Part shown: piece by piece, positions 45,001 to 58,300 of the stretch | Layout of the letters: each line of letters begins with the position of its first letter | Numbering within the stretch: position 1 is the first letter of the stretch | NCBI RefSeq assembly: GCF_018350175.1 | Contig: NC_058382.1 | Span: 61,506,001-61,570,000, forward strand | Direction: 5' to 3' | From: Felis catus | Lineage: Eukaryota | DNA: 64,000 nucleotides | Position numbers and translations under genes: made by a program | The notes under the pieces: generated by a model | What the model saw: only the letters and a program-made list of their open reading frames with translations | Told to the model about the DNA's origin: nothing | Database searches by the model: none

Positions 45001-46342
45001 CCTGGGGGAACAAAGGTAAGATCAACACTGGCTGCGTTCCCAAGGAAGGGAGGGAGGTTCTCCGGATGGGGATGGGTTAGACCCTTGGGGAGGGGGAGGG
45101 GGTCCTCGGGGAGGGGGAGGGAGTTTCTCCAGGTCGGTTAGACCCTGGGGGAGGTTAGGCAAAGGGCCTTACAGGAGGAAACCCTAAGGACTTCTGGTTC
45201 TGAGGGATCTGAAGGGGGCCGGGGAGAAGTGGGTGTTTGACCTTTTTGATGGCCATTGGGCTCCAGCCCTCACACTGCCTTTATTATTAGCCTGTGAGCC
45301 AGCCTTTTACAGGGATTCTGGAAGTCCTAAAATTTTGAACTTCTAGCCTTGAAATCTTGGCCAACTTCATTTTTGTTTCTTAGCAAGCAAAACCAACACG
45401 AGGTTTAGGTTCTGGGATCAGTTTGGTCTTTGTTAATTTAATAGTTCTTAGTGGTAAACCCAGGGGGAAGTGCTCTGTTTGCAGACCTTTCTGTAGGAGG
45501 TGTGGGTGTTCAGCTTTCCCAACGCTCCAGCACCGAGTCCGTTCTGACCAGGAGCTGTCACACCGGCAGAGGCTTTGTCTTTTCAAGTACTGTCCGTGTG
45601 TTTTCTAAATGTAGAATTAAATGCTTTTTATAAAAGAAAAAACTGAGGCAATTCAGAATTGTCTCCTCTGACAGCCCCGAAGATAACCAGTCAGGACAGC
45701 TTGCTGCCCCTCTCCGGGGCCCCTCTGCACACACTCCTCGTTCCCCGGAACCACAGGGCTCTGCTGGCGTCTCACACCGCATGGTTCTTCACGGTTGGAT
45801 TCCAGGCACCATTTTCACGCCCGGTGCACGAGGGGAATGCCCTCGCCCCGGGGGACAGGTGCCGGCTCGTGTGCTGGCTGCACTCTCCCTGCGTCCATGT
45901 GGTCTTTTCTAGTGCAATTGCACAGGAATGGGTATTCCCCTGTGGTGTTAGCACCAAGTCTCTCCGCTGCCTTCCAAATACCTGTGTGCCTTAGCCTACC
46001 CACCGCCTGAGTGTTTCTGCCTCCTCTGACCTGTCGTAGAGTTAGGGGTTTTAGATTCTGTCATAATATACACGTGGAGGACTTTTCTTGTTATTTGCTG
46101 ATGGTTTTTGGTTTTATCTCTGGTGTTAGGTTATTCAGGACACAGGGGTTTCTGACTTTATGTCTTCTTGTGGAATATTGATGAAAAACATTTTCACTTA
46201 AAAATGTTCCTCTTGGGGAGCACCTGGGTGGCTCAGTTGCTTAAGCGTCCGCCTCTTGATTTCAGCTCCGGTCATGACTTCACGGTTCATGAGTTTGAGC
46301 CCAGCATCAGGCTCTGCACTGATAGTGCAGAGCCTGCTTGGG

Positions 46343-46390
<48 letters not shown>

Positions 46391-49300
46391 TCTCTCTCCC
46401 TCTCTCCACCCCTCCCCCACTTGTGCTTTCTCAAAATAAAGAAACTTAAAAAATAAATAAATACATAATATGTTCCTCTTGGTCTGAACATCGTGCCTCT
46501 CCCCAGCCTAGCTCCACTTGTTTGCATGTGCTTGGCCTGTCTTTGCCGTTTTCTTCACACTTATGCCTGGTCTTGTTTCTGTGCAAATGGTACTTAATGT
46601 AATTACATTTATTGTTTTTATAGTATTATTATACTTCCTGGGGTATTGATTTGTTTAAAAATTTAAGTCCCACCGAAGGCTTCCCTGAGAAGCCACGGTT
46701 CCCTCGTACCCCTTGTGTGCAGACGCACTCAGTGTGTTTCTGATTGTCCCTCTCCGGTGGCCGTCTCAGAACGTGCAGATGGCCTGTGCACAGCTCTTTC
46801 TCAGAAAGCTTCCTATGACAGACGCATACGGCATACTCCCCCTCCTGCTGCGCTTGTCTCCCCCCCCCGCCCCCTGCTGCCCCCCAGCAGACCCTCCCCC
46901 ACCTGCCTCCCTGCCTCCTCTCTGTTCTGTGCGGACAGCTCACTGCAGGGCCGGGCTGTCCCTGGGCTTCCATAGACCAGGCAGTTCTGCATATCCAGTT
47001 AATTCTCCTCTTTACACCCTACCAAGCTCCCGGTCAGAACTGGGCTCCGTGCTGGAGCGTCTGGAAACTCGAACACCCACACCTCCTACAGAAAGTCCTG
47101 CCAACGGGCCTTCGTGCACAGAGCGTTTCTTACTGCATCTACCGCACGATGCCAACCGCTAAGAAGTGTTAAGTGGACAAAGATCAGACTTATCCCAGGT
47201 TCTAAACCTCACGTTGGTTTTGATGCCGGTTGAGAAGCAAAAATAAACCTGGTGAAAGTTTCAGGGCCACTCAACATTTTAGAGGTAGTCATTTGAGTGT
47301 TCTTCAGACTATGACTGTGCTTTTTTTTTTTTAATTTTTTTTTTAACGTTTATTTAGTTTTGAGACAGAGAGAGACAGAGCATGAACAGGGGAGGGGCAG
47401 AGAGAGAGGGAGACACAGAATCTGAAACAGGCTCCAGGCTCTGAGGTGTCAGCACAGAGCCCGACGCGGGGCTCAAACTCACGGACCGTGAGATCGTGAC
47501 CTGAGCCGAAGTCGGACGCTTAACCGACCGAGCCACCCAGGTGCCCCTATGACCGTGCTTTTGAGGCACCGTGTTTTTTTCTCCTGCATTTTGCCTTCTT
47601 GGTGGGATAAGAAACCTGCTTTTTTATCCTGTTTGTAATGCAGGCCAGATTCTTACTCATCTTTATTTTCTTAACGAAATGGTTCATATTATCGAGAAAA
47701 TACACAGAATCACATACACATGTCCACATGCCCGTTACTCAGCTCAAGAAAGAAAGCATCAGTGACGGAGCAGAAACGCCTCCCTGCAACCACCGCTTTG
47801 CGGGGTGCGGTCTGGTACCGCCGGAGACATCCCCGCCCAGCGAGGCAGGAGCACCGGGCTGAGGGATGAGGGCAGTCTGTGGGCCACATCTCGGGGAGCT
47901 CAACCTCCCTCCCCTGCCGCCCAGTGGTGCTGTGTGGCTCGTTCTCACCCAGGAGTGTGTTGGTGTCAGTGTCCTGGTGCCCCCCCCCCCCACCGGTTCC
48001 TTCCGTGGTTCCCCTTGTTCCCTTTTCAAATAAATCCTGTTCTTGCGTCGCTGGCGTCTTGAGAGGCGAGGAGAGGACCCGCCTCAAGACAGAGGTCTGC
48101 CCTCTGCCCTCTGTGCTCAGCCAGCGGAGCATCCGTCCAGCCCGGCCCCCAGGGAATTGCGTCCACAGGCTTGCTCTCCTCCTCCTCTCTGTTTTTGCTT
48201 TTCAACTTCTGTTTCCTTTTTACCTCTCTTTCCTGCCATTTTGCTAGACCCAAAAACTTCCGGTTCTTTCTGTCTCTGGTTGTTTGGCTACTTAGATGCG
48301 GCGTTTACTTTGGCTGGGCACTGCTGACGTTCTGTCAGTGCTGTTGCATTCTGTCCTGTTCGTGCCCTTCCCTTCCCCTCCCCGCGGTTTTGCTTCCGAG
48401 GTCCCTCAGAGGTCAGGCAGCGAAGATGAAGCCGTGACCGTGTCCGTTCTCCCCAGGCCGAGGCAGCGGCAGCGTGTGTACCCCAAGTGTACGTGGTTGA
48501 CGACCCCCAAGAGCACCTGGCCACGGTACACCAAACCAGGTGAGGGCCGGCACCGGGCCGCGAGGATCTGCGCCCGTTGGGCCAGGCCGCTGCCCTGTTT
48601 GTGCAGAGCCAGCGTGCGGGCGTGTGAGCGCGCGCCCCGGCCTCGTGCTGGAGGACGGAGGGCCCCCCACCCCCCAACGCACGCCAGCTGCGTGTTTTCT
48701 CAAATGCGGTTCAATGCAGCTTCTGTCTACCTTTTTCTTTTTTCCTGTGAATACTGTACCACAGGAGGCAATCAAGTTCGTCTTTCAAGCGTGGTATTTT
48801 ATGTTCTGTTGCCATCTAATAAGTACGCGTATCTGAAGAGAAACAGCCACAGTGCAGAAAGGCTTGCTGTGTGCTTGTGGTTGACATCATGACACCAAAA
48901 GGAGGAGCATCCTAGAGCCCTTGGGCCGGTCGGGTGGGACAGAGGGGAGGGGCCGGGGTCGCCACTGTGATGGGAGCGTGTGACAGCCACGCCCTGCTTC
49001 TGTGTCTCTGGGGTTCTGCATGATTCCTGTGTGCTGGCAGCGAGGACACCCCCACTTAGCTAGCAGAAGCCCCCAAGCCACTTTGAACAGACAAAGCTCC
49101 TGGCTCTGTGGCGGGGCCGTCCGAAGGGACTGGGTCGAGGGTAGCCTGGAACCACTCACCTGTTCTGTGGAGGTAAGTGGTTCCTCAGAAGAAACTGGGC
49201 CTCTACCCAACACATGGTACAAAGAGAAAGGCCGTCCACTCGTGGGGTGTAGATCGCCGTTGCTTCAGAGGCCTGGCTGCAGCCCTGCACGGTCTCCCAT

Positions 49301-52300
49301 GCCCACCTGGATCTGGGCTCCGACCGCTGTTTAGGCCCAGCCAGATGCCATGGGGGTGGCGCCGTGTGTGTCCTCACGTTTGTTGTCCTGGGACATTGAT
49401 GATCGATCCACACCCCCGGGGGCGGGGCGGGGCGGGGGGGGACATCTTCCTAGGAAAGGCGTAGATGGGACGTGGTGCCGGTGTGGACCGAGCTGTGGGC
49501 GGTCAGCCCCAGGCATCCTGGGGGAGCAGACGCTGTGACAGGGACTCATATTGGGTGCACGCAGAAATTCCTGTCCAGGAACACCACGGGGCCTGACGCC
49601 ACACCCTCCCCAGGTCTGTCGATGCGGCTGCTGGAGTCCAAGAGAGGCCTCTCCTTCTTTGCGTTTGAGCACAGTGAGGAGTACCAGCAGACACAGCACA
49701 AGTTCCTGGCCGCCGTGGAGTCCATGGAGCCCAACAACATCGTGGTGCGTGTGTCCCCACGAGAGGGTCCGCACCCAGCCCACACCCTCCCCACAGTTAC
49801 CCAGGGTGCCCCGGGCCTGGGGCCCAGCCTGTGGTCACTCCGCCCGGAAGCACCTTGCCCTCCTGGCTCCTTTCACCTCCAGTATACACCCGGGTCATGG
49901 GGGCTGAGGGCCACGGCAGGATGCTTCCGAGGACTCGCCTCATCTTCCAAGGGCTGCTTTGGGGGGGTGGCAGAGGGTAAAGATGGGGGTCCCGGGGCAC
50001 AGAGGTCCCGGTTCCCACCACAGGCCTGGTTATGAGCTTGGTTTGAGGTGAGGGTATCGTGGATGCCACCGCTGGTAAAATTTTCACAAGGTTTACGTGC
50101 CTGAGAGAAAGGCCTGCCTGGGGCTGGGGCCTCGCCGGTCCGGGGGCACCACCTGCTGCCCCATCAGTGTCCCCCTCCTCGCAGGTTCTGCTCCAGACCA
50201 GCCCGTACCACGTTGACTCGCTCCTGCAGCTCAGCGACGCTTGCCGCTTTCAGGAGGATCAGGAGATGGCCCGAGACCTCGTAGGTAAGGGGGCGCGTGG
50301 GCACCCCGCCCTGCTGTTCCTCCGCACCCGCACACGCCTTCGCTGGCGGAGCACAGGCGTTGTATAAAGTGATGGCGGGGACACAGGGTTTGCCAGGGTG
50401 TCTTTTAAACAGCGGCTTTCTTGAGGTACGGTTCGTAGACCATACGATGCTGCCATCGATGGCGTATGACTCGCTGGTGTTTAGGTTCTGGCAGAGTCGT
50501 ACATCTTTGTCACCACCGATTCTAGGTCATTTACGTGACCTCTAAAAGAACGCTTGCCCGTCACCTGACGCCTCCCCACCCCCAGCCCCTGGCCACCCGG
50601 TGCGCTTCCTGTTTCTGTGCATTTGCCTGTTCCGGACATTGCCTGTGAGTGGAATCCTGTGACTCACGTCTTCAGAGCTCCCCTCTCGTACGGCCAAGTG
50701 ATGCTCCATAGTGTGGATAGACCCATGTTTTGTGTGCCTGCCGGCATGTGGGGGACACTCGGCGCGTTTCCACTTCCTGGATCGCGTGAACAAGCTGCTG
50801 TGGTCGTGTGCTTGTGGGTGTTGTGAGCACGTGTGCTTGTATACAACCCTGGGGCCGACAAGTGGTCTGTGGGTGAAGCAAACGCACAGAGTGGCTTCGG
50901 TGATCCCCAGGGTCACATCTGTGGCGCGCCGCCTTTTCCCAAACCCTCGCCGTGTGACCTCCTCCCTCTGAGAGCTTTCTCTGTGAGCCAGGACGGGGGG
51001 GGGGGGGGGGGGTGAGGTTGCACTTGCTACACGGTGGCCCCGACCCCCTCCCCTGGTGTTTGTGTGGCCTGCAGAGAGAGCGCTCTACAGCATGGAGTGT
51101 GCCTTTCATCCCTTGTTCAGTCTCACCAGCGGGACCTGCCGGCTGGATTACCGCAGACCCGAGAACAGGTGGGTTTCACGGTGGCAGGTGTGTCGAAGCT
51201 GTCCTGCGACGGGAGATGGCAGAGGACTGTCCCCGAGGCGTCCCACCTGCCAGCTCACACTGGGGCACCTCACTGTGTACAACCTGAATGCAGGATGGCT
51301 GGGCTCACGGACGCACCTATTGGGCCAGCCTGGGGTTACTTCTGTCCTTGTTACAAGTGAGTCTGATAAGCGACTCCACTGTGTTGGGGGCTGTAATTGT
51401 GTTTTCCTTGTATGTGTGGACAATAGGATCTGTGCCACGTGAGTTTAGAATGCTTTGGAATGCTTTGCGGGCAGCCATACCTTCCAGTTCCTAAGCCAGT
51501 TAGCTGCTTGCACTTGGCTTGATCCTGTTCCCGGTGTTAAGCGGTCATGATTGGGTGCCAGTCTTCTCGCCAAGCCCCACTCTGGCACCAGCCCTCACTA
51601 ATGGAGCCCGAACAGCCACGGTGGCTTCCCTGTTGACCTCACCCCCTGGCTTCTTGCCCTCATGGGGCTGCGGGGGGGTGGGGGGGAGGGTCCTCTGTTG
51701 TCCGGTGCCCTCGCCCTCACGGCCTCCAGCGTCTGTGGTCATCTCCAGCACTGGACGCCCTCCGCACCTTGGCAGTCAGCCTGGGCACGCTGACCCCGAC
51801 TGCACAGATTGTCTGGTTTTGTTTGTGTTAGTCTTGTCTCTCCAGTTAAGTTCTTAGTTCCCAGAAACAGGTCATAAAATACTAACATCCACAGGCAGGG
51901 TGTTGGTTATTGATGCAAGTAACAGCCTACCAGGATGCTTCAAGTCCCAGAACTGGATGCATCCAGCCGCAGTGCCCCTAGCAACTGTTGAGGTTTGAGG
52001 GCAAATTAAGGTGGTAATTTCAGTAGGAGATGTTGACCTGTCCTCTGAAGCGAACAGCAGGAAACAAAAAACACGATGGTTGCAACTCCCAGATAAGCTG
52101 GTTTTTCTCCACACGGACGGACACGTAACCGCAAACAACAAGCAGAGCGTCACCTTCTCTGCAGACACAGGAACACTTGCGAACACTCGCGGTGATTAGG
52201 CTGCGCGGGAAATGGCCAGCGCAGCCAAGGAGCAGAGGGCAGCGGCGGTGCTGGACGAGGCTTCCGGGCAGTGCGGCTCTGGCGGCTGCCGCTCTGGCTC

Positions 52301-55300
52301 ACGAGGAACTGTCTTGGACCTAGGAGCTTCTACCTGGCCCTCTACAAGCAGATGAGCTTCCTGGAGAAGCGCGGCTGTCCCCGCACGGCGCTGGAGTTCT
52401 GCAAGCTCATCCTGAGGTGGGTGCCTGCCTCTGGCGCCCGTGAGCTCGCGGCCTGGGCCCGTGGATGTCCACGCCGGCCCACTCTGCCCCTTGTCTCCCT
52501 TCGCCTCCCCCCCCCACTCCCTGGGCCGCCTCCGGAAGCCTGGAGCCGGACGAGGACCCTCTGTGCATGCTGCTGCTCATCGACCACCTGGCCTTGCGAG
52601 CGCGCAACTACGACTACCTGATCCGCCTCTTCCAGGAGTGGGAGGTAGGCGTGCGTGTGCGCCGTGACGCGGGGCCAGATCCCCCCCCACCCTGCTTTTC
52701 TCCGTCCAGGGTCTGTGCGCCCCAGGGCGGTTCCGCGAAGCAGTGGGGAGGCTCTGGCCACACCCCGCGTGCTCCTCCCTTTCTGTCTCCACTGCTGCCC
52801 GTTTCCCCTGCAGACGGGCTCTGCCTCCAGCCTGACATTGAGGCTGAGACTGGACACGAGACCTTCATAGTGATTTCGTGCGGAAGTGATGCTATTTTAG
52901 GAATTTGGGTTAAATAGAACATTAGTAAACGTTAACTTCACCTGTTTTCTCTTTAATTTGGCTGCTAGAGAACGAGTGTTCCTGTTGGGCGTTGCTGTCC
53001 TGGGGATGTGTGAACCTGACCACCTTTAGGGGGCGGGGGTGGCGGGCAGGGAATCGACAGCTTACCTTCTTGATCTCCGAGCTGGAATCTTTTGTCACCA
53101 CGCGTTCGTGCGCGATCGAAAAATGACTACGTAGATCATTTGAATTGTGTCGCTTGGCTGCTTGGCCGAGGAGTCCCGCCTCTGGGGATCTGGTTTACAG
53201 AAGTTCCTGGAGCACCCTCATCCCCCCACAACAGGGCTGAGGAAGAAAGTTTATATAACCGTGGAGACCATGGTCCCATTTTAGCGGAGGAAACGGCACG
53301 CCACGTGTTGTCTGTTCCCTACCCGTGTGGAGAAAGGCAAGGAAAGTGCTCGGCCATGAGAGCAGACTTGATCGGGTCCTGGCAGCAGGAGGGACATTCT
53401 TCGTTGCCGCCCCGACTCGCTCAGTTTTCCGCTGTGACAGAGCACAGGCTGGCTGCTTTCAGAGCTGAGCCCGTCACGAGGGCGGGCGTCTGGCTGTGAC
53501 CCCACCTGACTCCGCTTCCCCCCAGGCCCCTCCTCTCATCCATCCCAGGCAGTTTTCTACCCTCCCAGGGCCTTCTGCTTGTTTTTTGCCCCGAGGAAGC
53601 CCCCAGACGTAACACAAAATTCTCGTTCATGCCAAGTGACGAGATGCCAGCGCGACACCTGTGTTCATCGCGGGCGCATCCAGTGACTCTGGAGCAGCTG
53701 TGGGTCTTGAGTCTTTTGTCTTTGCACAGTAGAGCTCCAGGTTTTGTGTCTCCGCCCCTTTCAGGCTCATCGAAACCTGTCTCAGCTCCCGAATTTTGCC
53801 TTCTCTGTGCCGTTGGCCTATTTTCTGCTGAGTCAGCAAGCCGACCTCCCTGAGCAGGAGCTCAGCTCTGCGAGGGAACAGGCCTCTCTCCTGATCCGAC
53901 AGGCGCTCACCATGTTCCCTGGAGGTGGGTGCGGCGGGCCCCAGCGCGCACACTCCACTGACAGAAGGGCGTGTCTTCAGGGCTTTTGGACAAGGCGTAG
54001 TTACAGTTCAAAAGCATAAAATGAGTCAGAAGCGACTTTGGCGTTCAGGTGTCTTGGGGCTTCAGGATAAGTTTCTGATATTGACTGAGAAAAACTTTCT
54101 GAAGGTGTGGTATTTTCTTTTTTTTAAGTTTCTTTTTAAGAGAGAAAAAGAGACAGCACGAGCGGGGGAGGGGCAGAGAGAGAGGGAGACACAGAATCCA
54201 AAGCAGGCTCCAGGCTCTGAGCTGTGGGCACAGAGCCCGACGCGGGGCTCAAGCCCACAAACCGCGAGATCATGACCTGAGCCGAAGGTGGACGCTTGAC
54301 CGACTGAACCACCCAGGCGCCACCGTGTGGTATTTTCTAGAGAGATAAGTGAGTTGCTGGTTCTTAGCAGAACGTGCAGGAGGGGCCCCGGCTTTATGTT
54401 CTTGTCCTCAAATCCCATCTTTCACTGGGTTGAATAACTCGGAGACAGGGTTGTCCTGGGATTGCTCAGAGAACCTCCAGGCATCCTAGAGTAGTGGGCT
54501 GGTGTCTGTGTGGAGACAGAGCTGTGTGGTCTGTCAGGGTCCCGCTGGAGTGCAGGCCTCCTACCACGTGCATTTTCACAGAGGGCCGAGTCCCGGGGAC
54601 GGGCCGTGGGGACTTACGCACGCTGTTCCCCCAGCCCCCAGCTGGAGGAGCAGCCCAGGCTCTTGAGGTGACCCCTTAACCTCAGTGAGCCTGCTGCGTC
54701 CCAGGCTGGGAGAGGAGGTGACCAGGGTCCCCGCTCCTGGGGCTCACATCCTTGGGCGGGGAGAGTGGCAGGTAGTACCAGGTGCTGGGGAAAACACAGA
54801 GAACACAAGCATGGTGAAGGTCTGAGGAGGCAGCCAGGGCAGGGCTGAGGCCCATGTTACTCGGGGCGCCCACTGGACGGTGTTCTCAAGCTCTGCCTGT
54901 GTGTCCAGGCCCCCCCCCCCCCCCACTCCATCCGTGCTCACACGGGGCTGCCTGGCCAGGCCGTAGGACAACCGACCCTTCCCCATCAAGGTGCGTGAAG
55001 TTACGAGGCGAGGCCCTTCATGGGCACCGGCTGTTTGTGTGGGATCGGGGCGTGAGCCGCCTATAAAGTCACTCGGAAGACAGGGTTCTCCAGGTGACCT
55101 CCTGTGGGGAGGTCACTGCTGCTCAGGGAGAGAGACAGGCTCTGCCCCAGGCCTGAACCCTGCAGGCCGGCCTCCCCACCAGCCTGCGGAGGGAGACTGT
55201 GATGTCAGTGGTTAGAATGCCTTGTGTGTGTGCCTGGGGGGCACGGGTGCAACCCCTCAGATGCAGACCGGGCCACTGGGAGGCAGCAGGACGCATGACC

Positions 55301-58300
55301 CCCTCCAAGGTGGCACAGGCTGGTGTGGGTAGACTGGCCTCACCCTGGTGTCACCGTGCCCATGGGGGCCCTGCTTTCTCTGCAGCCCTCCTCCCTTTGC
55401 TCGAGTACTGCAGCGTGCGGCCAGATGCCGCTGTCGCCACTCACAGCTTTTTCGGACCGGACGCTGAGATAAGGTAAAGACCGACGGGCCCTGGGAGAAC
55501 AGTGCCCACCTGTGTGTGAGTCGTGGGGACGCTCCTGGGGGCAGACCCTGGGAGTCTGGCTGTCACTGCTCTCTCCCCGCTACTGGGAGGGGCCTGGCAG
55601 GTGCTCTCTGCTCGAGACTCCGGCGGCTGGACTGTTCTCCCACTGGGGTGGCCGGGTCCCGGGTCCAGGCGGGGCATCGCCTCAGGGTCAGGCACAGAGC
55701 TGGCCGGTGCGTGAGCAGCCTGCGGCCTAGAGCACAAGCCTTCCTGGTGAGGAGTGAGCAGGGCACGGGGCCCACTGTGCCCGTAGCTGCTGGGTGGGGT
55801 TAGTGTCATCACACTTGTTAGCGTGGTTCATCCGTCTGCATGGCACGTACTACGTTTTCCAAATTTGTCATTAGGTAACGACAGAAAAACGTGCAGTAAG
55901 GGAGCCAGCCACCCTCAGACCCCGTTTGTAAACCACAGTGGTTCTTGCGGCGTCTCTGTGCGTGCATGTGCATATTCTTTTTCTATTTTATGTTGCTATT
56001 AAAAAACTCGTACTTTTTTATTTATTTATTTTTTAATATATTTAAAAGTAAATATTTTGAGAGAGTGAGAGACAGACAGAATCTGAAGCAGGCTCCAGGT
56101 TCTGAGCTGTCAGCACACCGAGTGTGATGTGGGGCTCGAACCCACAAACTGTGAGATCACGACCTGAGCCGAAGTCGGACATTCAACCGACTGAGCCACT
56201 CAGGCTCCCCAAAGAACTTGTGCTTCTTAAAAAACACGTACCCTGGATAAAAGTAACCGCTGTGTGTGCCCCCGCCCCACTCCGGGTGATTGCCCGCCCC
56301 GGTCGGCAGCCCCTCCGGGCGGTCTCCTGTCACCCCCAGCTGCTGGACGGGGCCGGACGCTGCCCATAGGCGCCGGCGGGTGCACGCAGGCCTCGCCCTG
56401 GTGGAGTCTGCTCACGGGCTCCGCTCTCCCGCAGCCAGCCCCCTGCCCTGAGCCAGCTGGTGAGCCTGTACCTCGGAAGGTCGCACTTCCTCTGGAAGGA
56501 GCCGGCCACCATGAGCTGGCTGGAGGAGAACGTGCGCGAGGTTCTGCGGGCGGTGGACTCCGGGGACCCTGCGGTGGAAGCATGTGAGAGCAGGTGGGCT
56601 TGGGGCCAGGGGTGACAGGGCGGCAGGTGGCCTCAGGGTCCTCGTAGGACGAGGCCCACCTGCTCGGGTGCTGCCATCACAAACGGGGCAGCAGGGCCGG
56701 TGCGGGCTCCATTCCACGTGCTGCCGCTTTACTCCCGGCCCTAGGCGGAAGGTGCTGTACCAGCGTGCGCCCAGAAACATCCACCGCCACGTGGTCCTGT
56801 CTGAGGTCAAGGAAGCCGTTGCCGCCCTCCCCCCGGTAAGGCAGAGGGGCTGGGGGTGGGAGCTTTGTCACATGCCGGGCCCTTCCCCTCACAGCCAGGG
56901 ATTTGAGAGGTGGAGCTGTGACCTCACAGGGCTCAGAGCAGTGACCCAGCCATTCGGGGCCCTGGAGCCTGCATCCCGTAGCGCTAAAGTGGGGCTCCTG
57001 ACACAAGTGACCATATGATTCTGTCCCTTCCCTACAGCACACACGCTTTTGCCCACGGGTGTCCTCTGTAGCCCTCTGAGCGGGCAGAGTGAGTGTCCCC
57101 GTGGAAGAAAGGCTCTCCCTGCCCGTTCACCCGGTGGCTTAGGACGGTACGCATAGCCTCGCGGCCGGGGACCGTTTCTGTCTGACCGATGGACTCTTAG
57201 CAGAGAGGCCGGTCCGGGCTGGAATTGGCTGAAAGTCTGCAGAGGGGAAGGCAGGGGCTCACGGCAGGTCTGCTTCCCTTTGAAGGATGTGACCACGCAG
57301 TCTGTGATGGGCTTTGACCCTCTGCCTCCTTTGGACACCATCTACTCCTACGTCAGGCCAGAGAGGTACCTCTCCGCCTCCTGCTTTGCTCCTTTGCTCG
57401 TACAGCTCTGAGGTCAGTGCTTTAGGGCTCACTGCCTCCCGCAGACACAGGCCTGCAGAGGACGGTGCGGTTTGGGGTCACGGGTCAGCTCTGCCAGGCG
57501 TGTGCTTTCACTCCTTTGTCGACAGCAGGAGCATTTTTGGGTCAGCTTCTAGAGCAGGTGTTGGAGGTAACAGTGGGAAGCAAGAGTAAGGCATTCCCTG
57601 TGTCCTCATGGAGTGTTCACAGGGCAGTGGGGAAACATGTTCGTTACGGAATCGAGGCTTAAATGTGGAGTCAAAACTGCAGTGAGAAACTTCTGGTGCA
57701 CGTGACTCTCCGAGAAGGCCGTGGTCATTGCTGTGTGAAGGAATAATAGACCTTCGACAAGTAAAGGGGGAGGGAATGTCGCTGGTACATGAGACGAGTC
57801 TGCGCGTGCAAAGGCCCTGTGCAAGGAGCACGGCACAGGGCACGTTCCAAGAAGTAACGAAGACCCACACGGCCGAGCCAGGAGGGCTGCAGTGAGAGCA
57901 CAGCGGAGCCCAAGTCTACGGTGGATTTGTGGACAGTGGTTAGCCTTGAATCGTGCACTAGCTTCTTTTTTCTCTCCTCTAGTCTTTAAAGCTGAGTGAT
58001 TGACTTACCAAGAGCCTTGAGCACAGTCTTGTAGATCTGGAAGTCACAGACAGATTTGCCCATTTCGGGAAAGCGTGTGGTTTCCAGATCTCAGTAGAGC
58101 ACATTATGTAGGATGAAGGATTTTTTTTTTTTTTTAATGTTTAATTTTGAGAGAGGGAGAGAGAGAGAGAGAGAGAGAGAGCGAGCAAGCAGGGGAGGGG
58201 CAGAGAGAGAGGGAGACACAGAGTCCGAAGCAGGCTCCAGGCTCTGAGCCGTCAGCAAAGAGCCCGACGTGGGGCTCGAACTCACGGACTGTGAGATCAT

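Noticed and set aside
49091..49172. Possible cryptic exon ending at GAG|GTAAGT in TCF25 intron 6
   Set aside because: The donor is strong but the upstream acceptor has a poor pyrimidine tract; much weaker than the intron 1 candidate.
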